Below are positions 1 through 9,351 of a stretch of 64,000 nucleotides of DNA, piece by piece. A model generated the notes under the pieces. The model had not been told where the DNA came from and did not search any database. It saw nothing but the letters and a program-made list of their open reading frames with translations. Every line of letters begins with the position of its first letter. The stretch's first letter is position 1. Source of the stretch: a virus; the IMG/VR virus record IMGVR_UViG_3300047994_000617, positions 32,001-96,000 of that record; one strand, written 5' to 3'. The translations under genes were made by a program, and so were the position numbers.

Positions 1-251
1 GAGGCCGGCTTTCAGGCCCCGAAGTGCCGTCCCTGCCACGGGCTCGGGTCGCGGACCGAGGCGCGGCGGTCGGAGGATCGTCGGCGAGCGCGCCGCGGGG
101 TGCGGCGGCCGGCGGACTGCCCGGCGTGCTTCGGTACGGGCGACGCGCACACGGCGGGCGGGCTGCCCGCGTTCCAGATGGTGCCGGGAAGGATGCCCCC
201 CCCGCGGCACCCCTCGGCGTGCAGGGCGATCTTTTCGGGAGGGTGGCGTGA
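1..251 (+). CDS. 5'-truncated protein with two CxxCxGxG zinc-binding motifs; apparent frameshift in a C8 run (196-203)
   Basis: Frame 1 reads KCRPCHGLG...DCPACFGTG; frame 3 after the C8 run ends QGDLFGRVA* with a TGATG overlap into the next ORF. Confidence 0.45.
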   Translation, partial: GRLSGPEVPSLPRARVADRGAAVGGSSASAPRGAAAGGLPGVLRYGRRAHGGRAARVPDGAGKDAPPAAPLGVQGDLFGRVA

Positions 252-355
252 TGCGCCGGATCAAGCACGAGACGGTCGCCGCCCTCCAGCCCGGCGGCCT
301 GGGCGATCGGACCGGCGCGCAGGGCGATCTGTTCACCGAGAGGAGGGCTTCCTGA
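251..355 (+). CDS. 34-aa peptide MRRIKHETVAALQPGGLGDRTGAQGDLFTERRAS
   Basis: TGATG overlaps at both ends; carries a QGDLF clamp-binding-like motif. Confidence 0.5.
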   Translation: MRRIKHETVAALQPGGLGDRTGAQGDLFTERRAS

Positions 356-1251
356 TGATGTCCGAACGCGACGCAAACCTGTTCCTGTCCGTCATCGACC
401 GCGCAACGGAGGCGTTGGACCGGGCAGCGGGCGACCTCCTCGCCGGCCGCAGAGGCGACATGGACGGGGCCGCCCAGGCGCTCGACGAGGTTCGTGACGC
501 CGCCGTGCGCTTCCTCGCGGCAGGCACCGCTTCACCGACCGAGGCGCTGGGCGCCGCCGCGATCCGCGATCACGCACAGGAACATGCCGAGGCCCTGCGC
601 GGTCGTCCGCGGCCTACCGCCGGCGCCGTGCGCCGCTGGTACTCGTTCTGGCAGGGAACCGCCGTCGGAGCGCGGGACGCGTGGCGCTCCCAGCGGGATC
701 CCGCCGGACCGGTTACCGACGGCGACCGCTGGCCGCCTTCCCCGCCGAGCGAAGCGGCGAAGGTGAGCGACGCGATGCTGGACGCGACGCTCGCCGCGGC
801 GCGTGGCGCCCGCGAGCGCATGCTGATCCAACTCGTCGTTGGTGGGTGGCTCCCGGAAGACCTCTGCACGCTCCGTCTCGACCAGGTGCAGCCCTACGTC
901 GGCACGCTTCTCCGCCTCGTGGACGATGAGCCGTCGCCCAGCGGGATGACGCATTACACGGTGCTCGACGAGACGAAGAGCGAGACGATGCGCGTTTGGC
1001 TGGCTCTGCGGGTGGTCACCGCCGCCGGGACCCCCTTCCTCTTTCCGGGGCTCACGCCCGAACGCGTCGCGGAGACGCTGCGCGACGTGGCGCATCGCGC
1101 CGGCGTTCCGGAGGTGACGCTCGACGCAATCAGGGTGCGCCGCGACGCCGAGATCGAAGCCATGGCAGAGCGCATCTTCTATTCCAGCCCCAGGGTTCAC
1201 GCGCACCTCGCCACGCAGGCGGCCAGGCGCGGAAAGGACCGGCCGTCGTGA
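355..1251 (+). CDS. Tyrosine recombinase-fold protein, catalytically degenerate
   Basis: RERMLIQLVVGGWLPEDLCTLRLDQV resembles box I, PFLFP patch, AHRAGVPEVTLDAIR resembles box II; catalytic Arg and His are replaced; RBS AGGAGG. Confidence 0.6.
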   Translation: MMSERDANLFLSVIDRATEALDRAAGDLLAGRRGDMDGAAQALDEVRDAAVRFLAAGTASPTEALGAAAIRDHAQEHAEALRGRPRPTAGAVRRWYSFWQGTAVGARDAWRSQRDPAGPVTDGDRWPPSPPSEAAKVSDAMLDATLAAARGARERMLIQLVVGGWLPEDLCTLRLDQVQPYVGTLLRLVDDEPSPSGMTHYTVLDETKSETMRVWLALRVVTAAGTPFLFPGLTPERVAETLRDVAHRAGVPEVTLDAIRVRRDAEIEAMAERIFYSSPRVHAHLATQAARRGKDRPS

Positions 1252-1370
1252 AAGGACTCGGCATCTGCCAGCCCAAGGGTCGCGCCCACGCCGAGACGGC
1301 TCTCACCGAACCGCCGAAGGGAGACTCGGTCTCCGACGGGTTCACCTACTCCGAGAGGAGGGCCGGCTGA
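1248..1370 (+). CDS. Hypothetical 40-aa protein
   Basis: GTGA and TGATG coupling with both neighbours. Confidence 0.45.
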   Translation: MKGLGICQPKGRAHAETALTEPPKGDSVSDGFTYSERRAG

Positions 1371-1558
1371 TGAGCGCGGTGTTCCCCTGGAAGCGCGGCC
1401 CCTCCGCGCGCCGCGATGACATCGACCCCGGGCGTGAGATCGGGAGCTTCCAGCACCGGCCCATCGCCCAGCTCCTGACGCTCGGCCTCGTCGAGCGAGC
1501 GGATCCCGACGGGCGACGCTACCGGGCCGTCCAGCAGACCGACAGGAGGGCCGGGTGA
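1370..1558 (+). CDS. Hypothetical protein
   Basis: RBS AGGAGG and TGATG coupling. Confidence 0.55.
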   Translation: MSAVFPWKRGPSARRDDIDPGREIGSFQHRPIAQLLTLGLVERADPDGRRYRAVQQTDRRAG

Positions 1559-1863
1559 TGTTCGACCTGCAAATTGAAGAGCGCGTGCTCAGCGAGCTTC
1601 TCGCAGCGCCCGCACCCTCGCTCCCGCACCTCCCGCTTCGCACCCGCCTGCCGCGGTACCGGCTGGCGCCGCCCTCGTTCCGCGTCGCGCTAATGACCCC
1701 GGCGCAGGAAGCAGCCCTCATGGGTCTCGTCTGCGCGTGCTCCAGCGACGCATGCCTTCGAGGCAACCACCAGGACCACGAGCCTATCGACACCGCCCTC
1801 TGCCCGGCTGGACAGGCCGCAGAAGGCGCATGGCGCGACAGCGCCGGGAGCACCAACCGATGA
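1558..1863 (+). CDS. Hypothetical protein, Cys/His-containing C-terminus
   Basis: RBS AGGAGG and TGATG coupling; CACSSDAC...H...C. Confidence 0.55.
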   Translation: MFDLQIEERVLSELLAAPAPSLPHLPLRTRLPRYRLAPPSFRVALMTPAQEAALMGLVCACSSDACLRGNHQDHEPIDTALCPAGQAAEGAWRDSAGSTNR

Positions 1864-2135
1864 TCCCTTCCCCCGTCGTCGACACGATTCTTCCCCCCTC
1901 CCTCGCCTACGAGATCGGCCGCGACGCCGAGAAGCGCGCCGCTGACGTGCGCGAGGGGCGCGCCACCCAGGAGGGCCGCTTCGTCGAGCTCCCTGGACGT
2001 TGGACCCAGACCATCCTCCGGCCCGAGGACTTTCTCGGCTGGGAGGAGCCGGCGCTCTCGCTCACGGAGAAGCACCCCAAGCGCCACGGGGGCGTCCCAA
2101 GCCCGGTGGCCGATCTCGTGCGGAGGCCCCGATGA
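1860..2135 (+). CDS. Hypothetical protein
   Basis: ATGA overlaps at both ends. Confidence 0.55.
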   Translation: MIPSPVVDTILPPSLAYEIGRDAEKRAADVREGRATQEGRFVELPGRWTQTILRPEDFLGWEEPALSLTEKHPKRHGGVPSPVADLVRRPR

Positions 2136-2407
2136 ACGATCCCAAGAAGACCCCCGAGCGCGTGGTCCATGAGCACCCCAACGGCGCACCCCACCTCACC
2201 GTCGACCCCGCCGGCGCCGTCCGCCACTACTGCCACGGCACCGGCGCCCAGGGCGAGGACTTTGGCACCCTCGGCCCGGGTGACGCCCTGGTACTGGTCC
2301 GGCCCGCACGGGCCTCCACGGGCCCCGCCATGGTCGCTTCCAGCGCCTACCGGGCCGGCTGGGAGGGGATCGACTGGACCCGGAAGGAAGGGGGCAAGCC
2401 CTCGTGA
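2132..2407 (+). CDS. Hypothetical protein
   Basis: RBS GGAGG, ATGA overlap. Confidence 0.55.
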   Translation: MNDPKKTPERVVHEHPNGAPHLTVDPAGAVRHYCHGTGAQGEDFGTLGPGDALVLVRPARASTGPAMVASSAYRAGWEGIDWTRKEGGKPS

Positions 2408-2958
2408 GAACCCTCTCCGATCTGCTCGGCATCGACGGCGCCGATGCGCGCCTCGTCAACGCCTTGCCCTACCTCGGCGCCTACTTCGTCGGCCGCAAGG
2501 TCGGCCGCAAGGCGCGCGCCTCCCTGAACCGCCTCCCGCGCCGGACGATCGCCTCCGAGGCCGGGCCCTACCTCACCCGCTACACCCTCGCCGATCTCCC
2601 CGGAGGCCGGCACGCCTACCTGCACTTCTTCCACAGGGGCGACCACGATCGCCAGCTTCACTCGCACCCGTGGAACGGCCTGTCCCTGATCTTGACCGGC
2701 GGCTACCGGGAGGAGCGCCGAGCCGGATCTCCGGGCAGCTACCGGATCGAGGAGCGGATCTACCGGCCCGGGTCCGTGAACCTCCTTCAGCCCGACACCT
2801 TCCACCGCGTCGAGCTGCTCGACGAAGCCGCGGGGTGCTGGACGCTCTTCCTCGCAGGGAAGCGCTCGGACGAGTGGGGGTTCTGGGACAGGGACAACGA
2901 GAGCTTCACACACTGGGAAGTGTTCCAGGGCCCCCGCGTGGCGGGGAGGGCTTCCTGA
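2404..2958 (+). CDS. Phage cupin-fold (cysteine-dioxygenase-like) protein
   Basis: YLHFFHRGD...LHSHPW...SLILTGGYRE...FHRVEL...WTLF cupin metal-binding pattern. Confidence 0.7.
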   Translation: MRTLSDLLGIDGADARLVNALPYLGAYFVGRKVGRKARASLNRLPRRTIASEAGPYLTRYTLADLPGGRHAYLHFFHRGDHDRQLHSHPWNGLSLILTGGYREERRAGSPGSYRIEERIYRPGSVNLLQPDTFHRVELLDEAAGCWTLFLAGKRSDEWGFWDRDNESFTHWEVFQGPRVAGRAS

Positions 2959-4157
2959 TGTCCAGGCTCGCCGCCCCGTTCCCTTACTTCGGCAGCAAGC
3001 GCGCGGCCGCGCCTCTGATCTGGGCGGCGCTCGGCGCCGAGGTACCCAACTTCGTCGACGCCTGCTGCGGATCCGCCTCCGTGCTCTGGGCTCGTCCGAC
3101 GGTCGGTAAGGTCGAGACGCTCAACGATGCCTGGGGGGCCATCCCGAACTTCCTCCGGGCGCTTCAGCGCGACCCGGAGGGCACGGCCGAGCACGCTTCC
3201 TACCCCGTGTCCGAGCTCGACATGCAGGCGTGGCACGCCTGGCTGGTCGAGAAGATGGACGCGGCCTTCGTCGAGAAGCTCCGCCGCGATCCGAGGTTCT
3301 ACGATGTCGAGGTCGCCGGGCGCTGGGTCTGGGGCCAGTCGATGTGGATCGGCTCAGGCTGGTGCGTCGCCGGTCATGGCGGAGGCAGCAACCGCCAGCG
3401 CCCTGCGCTCTCAGGGGGCACCACGAAGGCGAAGAAGCGGCCGATGCTCGGCGGACACGCCGGCGGCGGGCGCGAGGGCTACCCCAAGGAGGGGGTCGGC
3501 ATCTTCCGCAACCTGTCCCGCCAGCTTCCGCACCTCTCGGGGACGACCACGAAGAACGGCGAGCACGCTGGGCACGTGCGTGAAGGCGTCGGCCTCCACC
3601 GTGCCGGACTGCACCACAAGCGCCCCGAAATCGGAGGGACCGGCGCCGCCGGTGAGGGACGCGCGAGCCGCCGCGGGATCTTCGCCCAGGGCCGCGCCGA
3701 CCTCTTCGCCTACTTCCACGCGCTCGCCGGTCGGCTCGCTCGGGTCCGGATCATCTGCGGCGACTGGAAGCGCGTCGTCACGCCGGCGGTCACCACCTCC
3801 AACGGACTGACGGGCGTCTTGCTCGACTTCCCGTACGGCAAGGCGGCGAAGCGCACCAAGGGCCTCTACGCCAAGGACGACGGCGACGTTGCGACCGCCG
3901 GGCGCGCGTGGTGCGCGAAGAACGGCGCGAACCCGCTGCTCCGGATCGTCCTCTGCGGCTACGAGGGCGAGCACGAGGCCCTCCTGGCTCACGGCTGGCG
4001 CTGCATCCCCTGGAAGGCTGGCGGGGGCTACGGGAACCAGGATGGCGAGAACGCCAACGCGGGCCGCGAGCGCCTCTGGCTCTCGCCTTACTGCAACCAG
4101 CGCGAGAACCAGCTCGATCTGTTCACCGCCGAGATGGCCCCGGAGGCTGCCGAATGA
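2958..4157 (+). CDS. DNA adenine methyltransferase, Dam/D12-like
   Basis: PFPYFGSK (motif X), FVDACCGSASV (motif I), ETLND, and LLDFPY as a variant of motif IV DPPY. Confidence 0.8.
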   Translation: MSRLAAPFPYFGSKRAAAPLIWAALGAEVPNFVDACCGSASVLWARPTVGKVETLNDAWGAIPNFLRALQRDPEGTAEHASYPVSELDMQAWHAWLVEKMDAAFVEKLRRDPRFYDVEVAGRWVWGQSMWIGSGWCVAGHGGGSNRQRPALSGGTTKAKKRPMLGGHAGGGREGYPKEGVGIFRNLSRQLPHLSGTTTKNGEHAGHVREGVGLHRAGLHHKRPEIGGTGAAGEGRASRRGIFAQGRADLFAYFHALAGRLARVRIICGDWKRVVTPAVTTSNGLTGVLLDFPYGKAAKRTKGLYAKDDGDVATAGRAWCAKNGANPLLRIVLCGYEGEHEALLAHGWRCIPWKAGGGYGNQDGENANAGRERLWLSPYCNQRENQLDLFTAEMAPEAAE

Positions 4158-4627
4158 TCACCCCCACCAACTTCGACGCCACCCGCGCCCAGGTGCTCAA
4201 GCACCCCATCGCCCGATCGGCGTTCGATCGCGCGCTTTTCGAGCGCTACCGCGATCCTCCCCCCGTCCCTGACACGGTGCTCGCCGTCGCCTTCCGCCGC
4301 CCCTGGGGTGCGATGGTGGTCGATGGGGTGAAGCCGACCGACACCCGCGAGCGCCCCTTCGATCGGCCGGGCGGCCCGCAGTGGATCGCCGTCTACAACT
4401 GCCTGCGCGTCGACGAGCTCCAGGCGAACGCCCGCATCCTCCCCGGCGCGTTGCCCTACCACTACGGCGGGAGCCCGGACGAGGATCGCTTCGTCGAGGA
4501 GCGCCAGGGCCCGCCCCAGACGGTGATTTGCAACGCGTACGTCGTCGACCTCGAAGCCTTGGCGGGCTGGGCCGGGAAGCCGCGTCCCTCGAACTGGACC
4601 GCCCGTGAAGGGAGCGTCGGCGCGTGA
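4154..4627 (+). CDS. ASCH/PUA-like domain protein (paralogue A, C-terminally shortened)
   Basis: LAVAFRRPWGAMVVDGVKPTDTR fits the ASCH GxKxxExR pattern; paralogue at 9917. Confidence 0.65.
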   Translation: MITPTNFDATRAQVLKHPIARSAFDRALFERYRDPPPVPDTVLAVAFRRPWGAMVVDGVKPTDTRERPFDRPGGPQWIAVYNCLRVDELQANARILPGALPYHYGGSPDEDRFVEERQGPPQTVICNAYVVDLEALAGWAGKPRPSNWTAREGSVGA

Positions 4628-6036
4628 TCGACCTTCGCCCTTACCAGGAGCGCACCGTCGAGCGGATCCTCGGGTATGCGACGGAGCGGCCCCGTGGGCG
4701 GCTCCTCGTGGTCCTGCCTCCGCGCACCGGCAAGACGCCGACGTTCTGCGTGGCGGCGCGCTTGCTCCTCGGCGCGACACCCCCGCCGGGAGGAGCGCGG
4801 GCGCGGGGTCTGTGCGTCGTGCCCAGGGTGGAGATCCTCGACGCGACGCTTGAGCACGCGCTCGACGTCGGCATCCCCGAGAGCGACATCGGTGTGGTCT
4901 ACCAGGATCGCCCGCTCGACCTCTCGCGGCCCTTCCAGATCGCCACCGAGGGCACGCTCGACCGAAGGAACAAGCCCGAGGCCGATTTCGTCGTCTGGGA
5001 CGAGGGGCATCACAACGCCTGCCCGCGGCGGCGGAGGATCCACGGGCTCTACCCGAACGCCCTCCACCTCGGCTTCACCGGCACCCCGGAGCGGCTCACC
5101 GGCGCCGGCCTCGATGAAGACTACGACGACATGATCGTGCCGGCGCGTTCGTACGAGCTGATCCACGACGGGTTCTTGTCAGTGCCGACCATTTTCGACC
5201 CGGGCGAGAAGGTGTTGCCGAAGACGAAGGGGCTCCGGGTCCGGGGCGGTGACTTCGCGGTCGATCAGCTCGAGAAGCTCGTCGGGCACGGCGCCTTCGT
5301 GGACCGCCTGGTGGACGACTGGCTCCGCCTCGCAGAGGGCCGTCGGACGGTCGTCTTCGCCGTCTCGGTGGCGCACTCTAAGATGATCGTAGAGCGCTTC
5401 CGCGCGCGGGGTGTGCCTGCCCATCACCTCGACGGCGACACCTCCAAGGCCGACGTCTCCCGCGATCCCAACGTCCTGACCCGGCGACAGATCCTCGAGC
5501 AGCTCCGGACGGGAGACCTACGGGTGGTGTCTTCGGTCGACGTCCTCGGCGAAGGCGTCAACTTGCCCGAGGTCAAATGCGTGGTGCTCGGTCGGCCCAC
5601 GCTCTCCCTGGCGCTGCACATCCAGCAGTCTGCTCGCTGCATGACGCCGTTTCGCGGCGAGCGGCCCCGGATCCTGGACATGGTGGGCAACACGCGCTGG
5701 CGGCACGGTCTCCCTTGGGAAGACCGGCCCTGGTCGCTCGCCCGGCGACGAAAGAGTCGGGGGCGCGCAGCGGGGAACGGGGGCGCGAAGGTGCGGGGGT
5801 GCGAATGCGGCGCGCTCTCGCCCATCGGGTCGCTCGCCTGCGCGGCGTGCGGCCACGTCGTCCCCGTCGCGGATCCGCCCCCCGTCGACGCCAAGCCCCT
5901 CGTCGAGGTCCGGTTCACGCCCGATGAGCTGGACGCGCGACGGGAGAACCTCCGGACGTTCGCGCGATCGAACGACTTCGGCGAGGCGTGGGTGGAACGG
6001 GTGATGGCGGAGATCGTCGGCGCGGAGGCGGCATGA
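4624..6036 (+). CDS. Superfamily 2 DExH helicase with C-terminal zinc finger
   Basis: PPRTGKT, DEGHH, GFTGTP, LGEGVNLP, QQSAR; CECG...CAACG. Confidence 0.9.
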   Translation: MIDLRPYQERTVERILGYATERPRGRLLVVLPPRTGKTPTFCVAARLLLGATPPPGGARARGLCVVPRVEILDATLEHALDVGIPESDIGVVYQDRPLDLSRPFQIATEGTLDRRNKPEADFVVWDEGHHNACPRRRRIHGLYPNALHLGFTGTPERLTGAGLDEDYDDMIVPARSYELIHDGFLSVPTIFDPGEKVLPKTKGLRVRGGDFAVDQLEKLVGHGAFVDRLVDDWLRLAEGRRTVVFAVSVAHSKMIVERFRARGVPAHHLDGDTSKADVSRDPNVLTRRQILEQLRTGDLRVVSSVDVLGEGVNLPEVKCVVLGRPTLSLALHIQQSARCMTPFRGERPRILDMVGNTRWRHGLPWEDRPWSLARRRKSRGRAAGNGGAKVRGCECGALSPIGSLACAACGHVVPVADPPPVDAKPLVEVRFTPDELDARRENLRTFARSNDFGEAWVERVMAEIVGAEAA

Positions 6037-6494
6037 CCCGGGCGGCGTGCGGCGAGAACAAGCGCACGAAGATGCGCGACTTCCTGCGCGGCTTCGACGG
6101 CTTGCAGGCCGCCCAGGAGCCCGAGGCGCGGCGCCAGCGTACCTCTTACCAACCTCGCCGGCGCCGGCGCTCCTTCTCCAACGCCGAGAAGCGCTACGAG
6201 CTCGGCGGCAAGCTCCTGTCGCTGCGCGATCTCGACAAGATCAGCGTCGTCAACATCGGCACGTTGCGCGCGCGGCTCGACGCGGGGATGCCGGTCGCGG
6301 AAGCGTGTTTCAAGCCTGCTGCCCCCCGCGCCCCGGTTGACCGCTCCGTGCGCTACGATGTCGGCGGTGGCACCTTCATGACGGTGCCGGAGATGGCGCT
6401 CGCCGCGGGTGTCAGCCGCTGCACCATCTATGTCCGGCTCCGCTATGGCTACACGCCGGGCGAGGCGATCAGGATGGGAAGGGCCGCCCGATGA
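6033..6494 (+). CDS. Probable DNA-binding protein with two tandem HTH-like repeats
   Basis: Two copies of the pattern RY..GG......L/M......T..RL..G....EA, resembling phage HNH-associated HTH domains. Confidence 0.6.
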   Translation: MTRAACGENKRTKMRDFLRGFDGLQAAQEPEARRQRTSYQPRRRRRSFSNAEKRYELGGKLLSLRDLDKISVVNIGTLRARLDAGMPVAEACFKPAAPRAPVDRSVRYDVGGGTFMTVPEMALAAGVSRCTIYVRLRYGYTPGEAIRMGRAAR

Positions 6495-7027
6495 TGGCGA
6501 ACCTCGCCACCATGGCCACCCGCTGGCTCGCGCTCGTGCGCGGAGCGCCGGCTCCGGCCGCGGCCCAGGCGCCCGCACCCGACGTGGACCATTCCAGCGC
6601 CGACGCTCTTGCACCCAGCGCGCCGCGCGCGGTGCCGCCCGCGCCCACGAGGGCACCGCCGACGCCGATGGTGAACGCCGCGCCGCGGGGACCCTCGACG
6701 GCACCAACAACCCCTGGGCCTGTCCGCGCCGAAGCGCGACCCGCCCCGGCGCCCGCCGGGCGAGCCCTGCCCGTGTTGGCGGTGAGCGCGATCACCACCG
6801 CGCGCGATCTCTTCTTCTGCGACCCCTTTAAGACGAAGCTCTCGGCGGGCGCCTGCATGCACCGCCAGCGGGCCGCCGATCCCGATACCCGCAGGGCGAT
6901 GACCGCTGGCGACCGCCTCGCCTCGGGCTCCGCCGAAGCGCTCGCCAAGTGCCGATCCTGCGCACTCGGCAAGGCCGTCGCGGCGCGGCTCCCCACCCCT
7001 GTACCCACCGAAAGGAAGGTCGGATGA
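6491..7027 (+). CDS. Hypothetical protein with Pro/Ala linker and C-terminal four-Cys domain
   Basis: FFCDPF...GACMHR...KCRSC; overlaps both neighbours. Confidence 0.55.
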   Translation: MMANLATMATRWLALVRGAPAPAAAQAPAPDVDHSSADALAPSAPRAVPPAPTRAPPTPMVNAAPRGPSTAPTTPGPVRAEARPAPAPAGRALPVLAVSAITTARDLFFCDPFKTKLSAGACMHRQRAADPDTRRAMTAGDRLASGSAEALAKCRSCALGKAVAARLPTPVPTERKVG

Positions 7028-9351
7028 ACACCCACCCCCTCCCCGAGCCGGGCGCGCCGGATGCCCTCTACCTGCTCGATCTGTCGAGCTGGGCCCGAGC
7101 CTTCTACGAGATGGCGCGCCACCTGACGCGCACCAACCCGAAGGCCCCCGATCCGGACGCTCCCGATCACGTCGGCGTCGCGCACAGCGTCGCCCGCCGG
7201 CTCATCGACGACGTGATCGTCGCCCGCAAGCCCGCCTTCCTGGGGATCGCGCTCGACGTGATCGGCGAGCGCCCCGCCCGGGCCGACATCTGGGACGGCT
7301 ACAAGATCGGCCGCAACCCGCCCGGCCCCGGCTACGCCCGCCAGGTAGGGATCTTGCTCGAAGTGTTCCTGGCGCACCGGATCCCGTGCTTCCAGTCGTC
7401 GGGCCTCGAGGCGGACGACTTCGTGGCCACGCTCACCCGGCGCGCGCGTCGCGCCGGGCTTCGGGTCGTCAACCTCACCGCCGATCAGGACCTCTGGCAG
7501 CTCTTCGAGACCGCTGATCCTGCGGGCGTGCTCTCGTGGGACGTCGGGAAGGGCCAGGTCTGGAGCGCCGAGGACTGCCTGAAGAAGTACGGCGTCCCGC
7601 CCGAGCAGCTCGCCGACGCGATGGCCCTTGCCGGCGACGGCGACGAGGCTCCCGGCATCAAGGGGATCGGGGTCGACAAGGCCGCGAAGCTCCTCCGGCG
7701 GCACGGCAACCTGGAGACCGTCCTCCTGCGCTGGCAGTGGGAGCGCGGCAAGCTCTCGACGAACCTCCGCGACGGCGCCGAGGACGCCCGGATGTCGAAG
7801 CGCCTGGTCGCTCTGGACGATCGGGCGCCGATCGTCTGCCCGCTCCAGGCCCTCGCGCTCGGCTGGAGCGAGGAGGATGCCCGCGCGATCGCCCGGTTGG
7901 GGGTGAAGTACGGCCTCGGCGTGCTCGGGTACGTGAAGCCGGGCGCTTACCCCAAGGCGATCGTCGATCCGGCACTGGAAGCCCGCTGGGCCGGTGCCGC
8001 CACGACCAGCGCGAGCAACGCTGCGACCGCCGAGGTCGAGCTTCCCCCGCTTCCCGAGAGGGATCCTGTCGAGCAGCAAGAGCCCCTCGCACACGAGGCC
8101 CTGGCCGGCGATGGCCCCACGTCGGCCATGTCGATGGGGGAGCCCGTTGTCGAGGACGACGAGGACAAGGTCGATCCTCTCACCGAGGACCTCGATGAGA
8201 ACGATCCGGGGGTGGGCGACTGCAGCCACCGGCGCCGGGCACGCGAGCGCTTCTCCGCCGTCCTCCGCGCGGCCGAGAGCGACAACCCCGAGGCCAACAA
8301 GGCTCTCGAACGGCTGCGCAACCATCGGATCGCCCTGTTCGATGCCCACGTCGCCAAGGTCCGCGTTCGGTGCCCCACCGAGGAGAAGCTCAAGGCAGCG
8401 TGCCGAGCCCGATTCGCAGAGCTGCGCCCGGACCTCCCTCCGGTTTTCCTCCTCGCCGAGGTCCGCTTCAGCCTGGAGCGGCTCGCCGTAGACGCTCCTC
8501 TGGACGGGAGCGGCGCTCTCTCCGCCGGGAGCGCGGACGAGGCCCTGGACCCGGCAGCCCCCGCTAGCGCTCCCGAGGAAGCGAGCGGCACTCCCTCCGC
8601 CGGGAGCGCGGACGCGCCTCCGGCGCCCGGCCGGTGCGCCGACCCGACGTGCTTCATCCACGATGGGGAGCGGTGCGCCCGTGGCCAGATGCGCCCCGTC
8701 GACTGTCCCATGGCCGCTGCCCTCTTCGCTGCCGGCTGGCGGTCCATGCTCACCTGGCCGACCGCGGAAGAGGAAGACGCCACGCCGGTCAACCGGTGGT
8801 CGCTCGTCGAGGGCCGCTGGGCCGAGCTCGTCCGCGAAGGTGCCGCGCCCGAGGCCGCGCTGCTCTACGTTCTACGGTCGGAGTACGACGAGGAGGCCGC
8901 CACGACCGAGGGCCGCATGCACAAGCCCCGGTCCCTCGTCCGGGTGTTCTGGCGGGGGACGACGGAGGACGTCGAGATCCCCAACCGCCTCGTCGCCCGC
9001 TACCTCCAATTCGGCGAGCCCGTGCCGGATCCCGCGCTTCCGATCCTGCCGGTGAAGCGCCCCCGCGTCGTGGGCACCCCCGCGCCGGCACACTACGCGG
9101 ACGCCGACCGTCGCGGCGCCGGAGCCCGCGCGCGGGCCATCCTCGCGGGGCACAGCGTCGCCTGTGCCGAGTTCGGCAACGACCCCGCTTGCAGAGCGGC
9201 AGACCCGGCGCCGAGTCCCACGGCGGTGACGCCCTCGCCAGCGTCCACCGCGACCGCCGAGGCACTCCACGGCAGGACGCGGCACGGGAACACCGGCGCG
9301 AAGGCGCCGCCGCCCGATGACCAACTCGCCATGTTCGGAAGGCCCCGTTGA
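7024..9351 (+). CDS. 5'-3' exonuclease/flap endonuclease (PolI N-terminal type) with long C-terminal extension
   Basis: LYLLDLS, YKIGR, GLEADD, TADQDLWQL, ALAGDGDEAPGIKGIGVDKAAKLL (H3TH); no polymerase domain. Confidence 0.9.
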   Translation: MNTHPLPEPGAPDALYLLDLSSWARAFYEMARHLTRTNPKAPDPDAPDHVGVAHSVARRLIDDVIVARKPAFLGIALDVIGERPARADIWDGYKIGRNPPGPGYARQVGILLEVFLAHRIPCFQSSGLEADDFVATLTRRARRAGLRVVNLTADQDLWQLFETADPAGVLSWDVGKGQVWSAEDCLKKYGVPPEQLADAMALAGDGDEAPGIKGIGVDKAAKLLRRHGNLETVLLRWQWERGKLSTNLRDGAEDARMSKRLVALDDRAPIVCPLQALALGWSEEDARAIARLGVKYGLGVLGYVKPGAYPKAIVDPALEARWAGAATTSASNAATAEVELPPLPERDPVEQQEPLAHEALAGDGPTSAMSMGEPVVEDDEDKVDPLTEDLDENDPGVGDCSHRRRARERFSAVLRAAESDNPEANKALERLRNHRIALFDAHVAKVRVRCPTEEKLKAACRARFAELRPDLPPVFLLAEVRFSLERLAVDAPLDGSGALSAGSADEALDPAAPASAPEEASGTPSAGSADAPPAPGRCADPTCFIHDGERCARGQMRPVDCPMAAALFAAGWRSMLTWPTAEEEDATPVNRWSLVEGRWAELVREGAAPEAALLYVLRSEYDEEAATTEGRMHKPRSLVRVFWRGTTEDVEIPNRLVARYLQFGEPVPDPALPILPVKRPRVVGTPAPAHYADADRRGAGARARAILAGHSVACAEFGNDPACRAADPAPSPTAVTPSPASTATAEALHGRTRHGNTGAKAPPPDDQLAMFGRPR

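Noticed and set aside
355-1251. Functional integrase marking the element's left end
   Set aside because: Catalytic residues are missing, it sits mid-operon, and no att or tRNA target is nearby
7024-9351. polA (DNA polymerase I)
   Set aside because: Only the 5'-3' nuclease domain is present; the C-terminal half has no polymerase motifs
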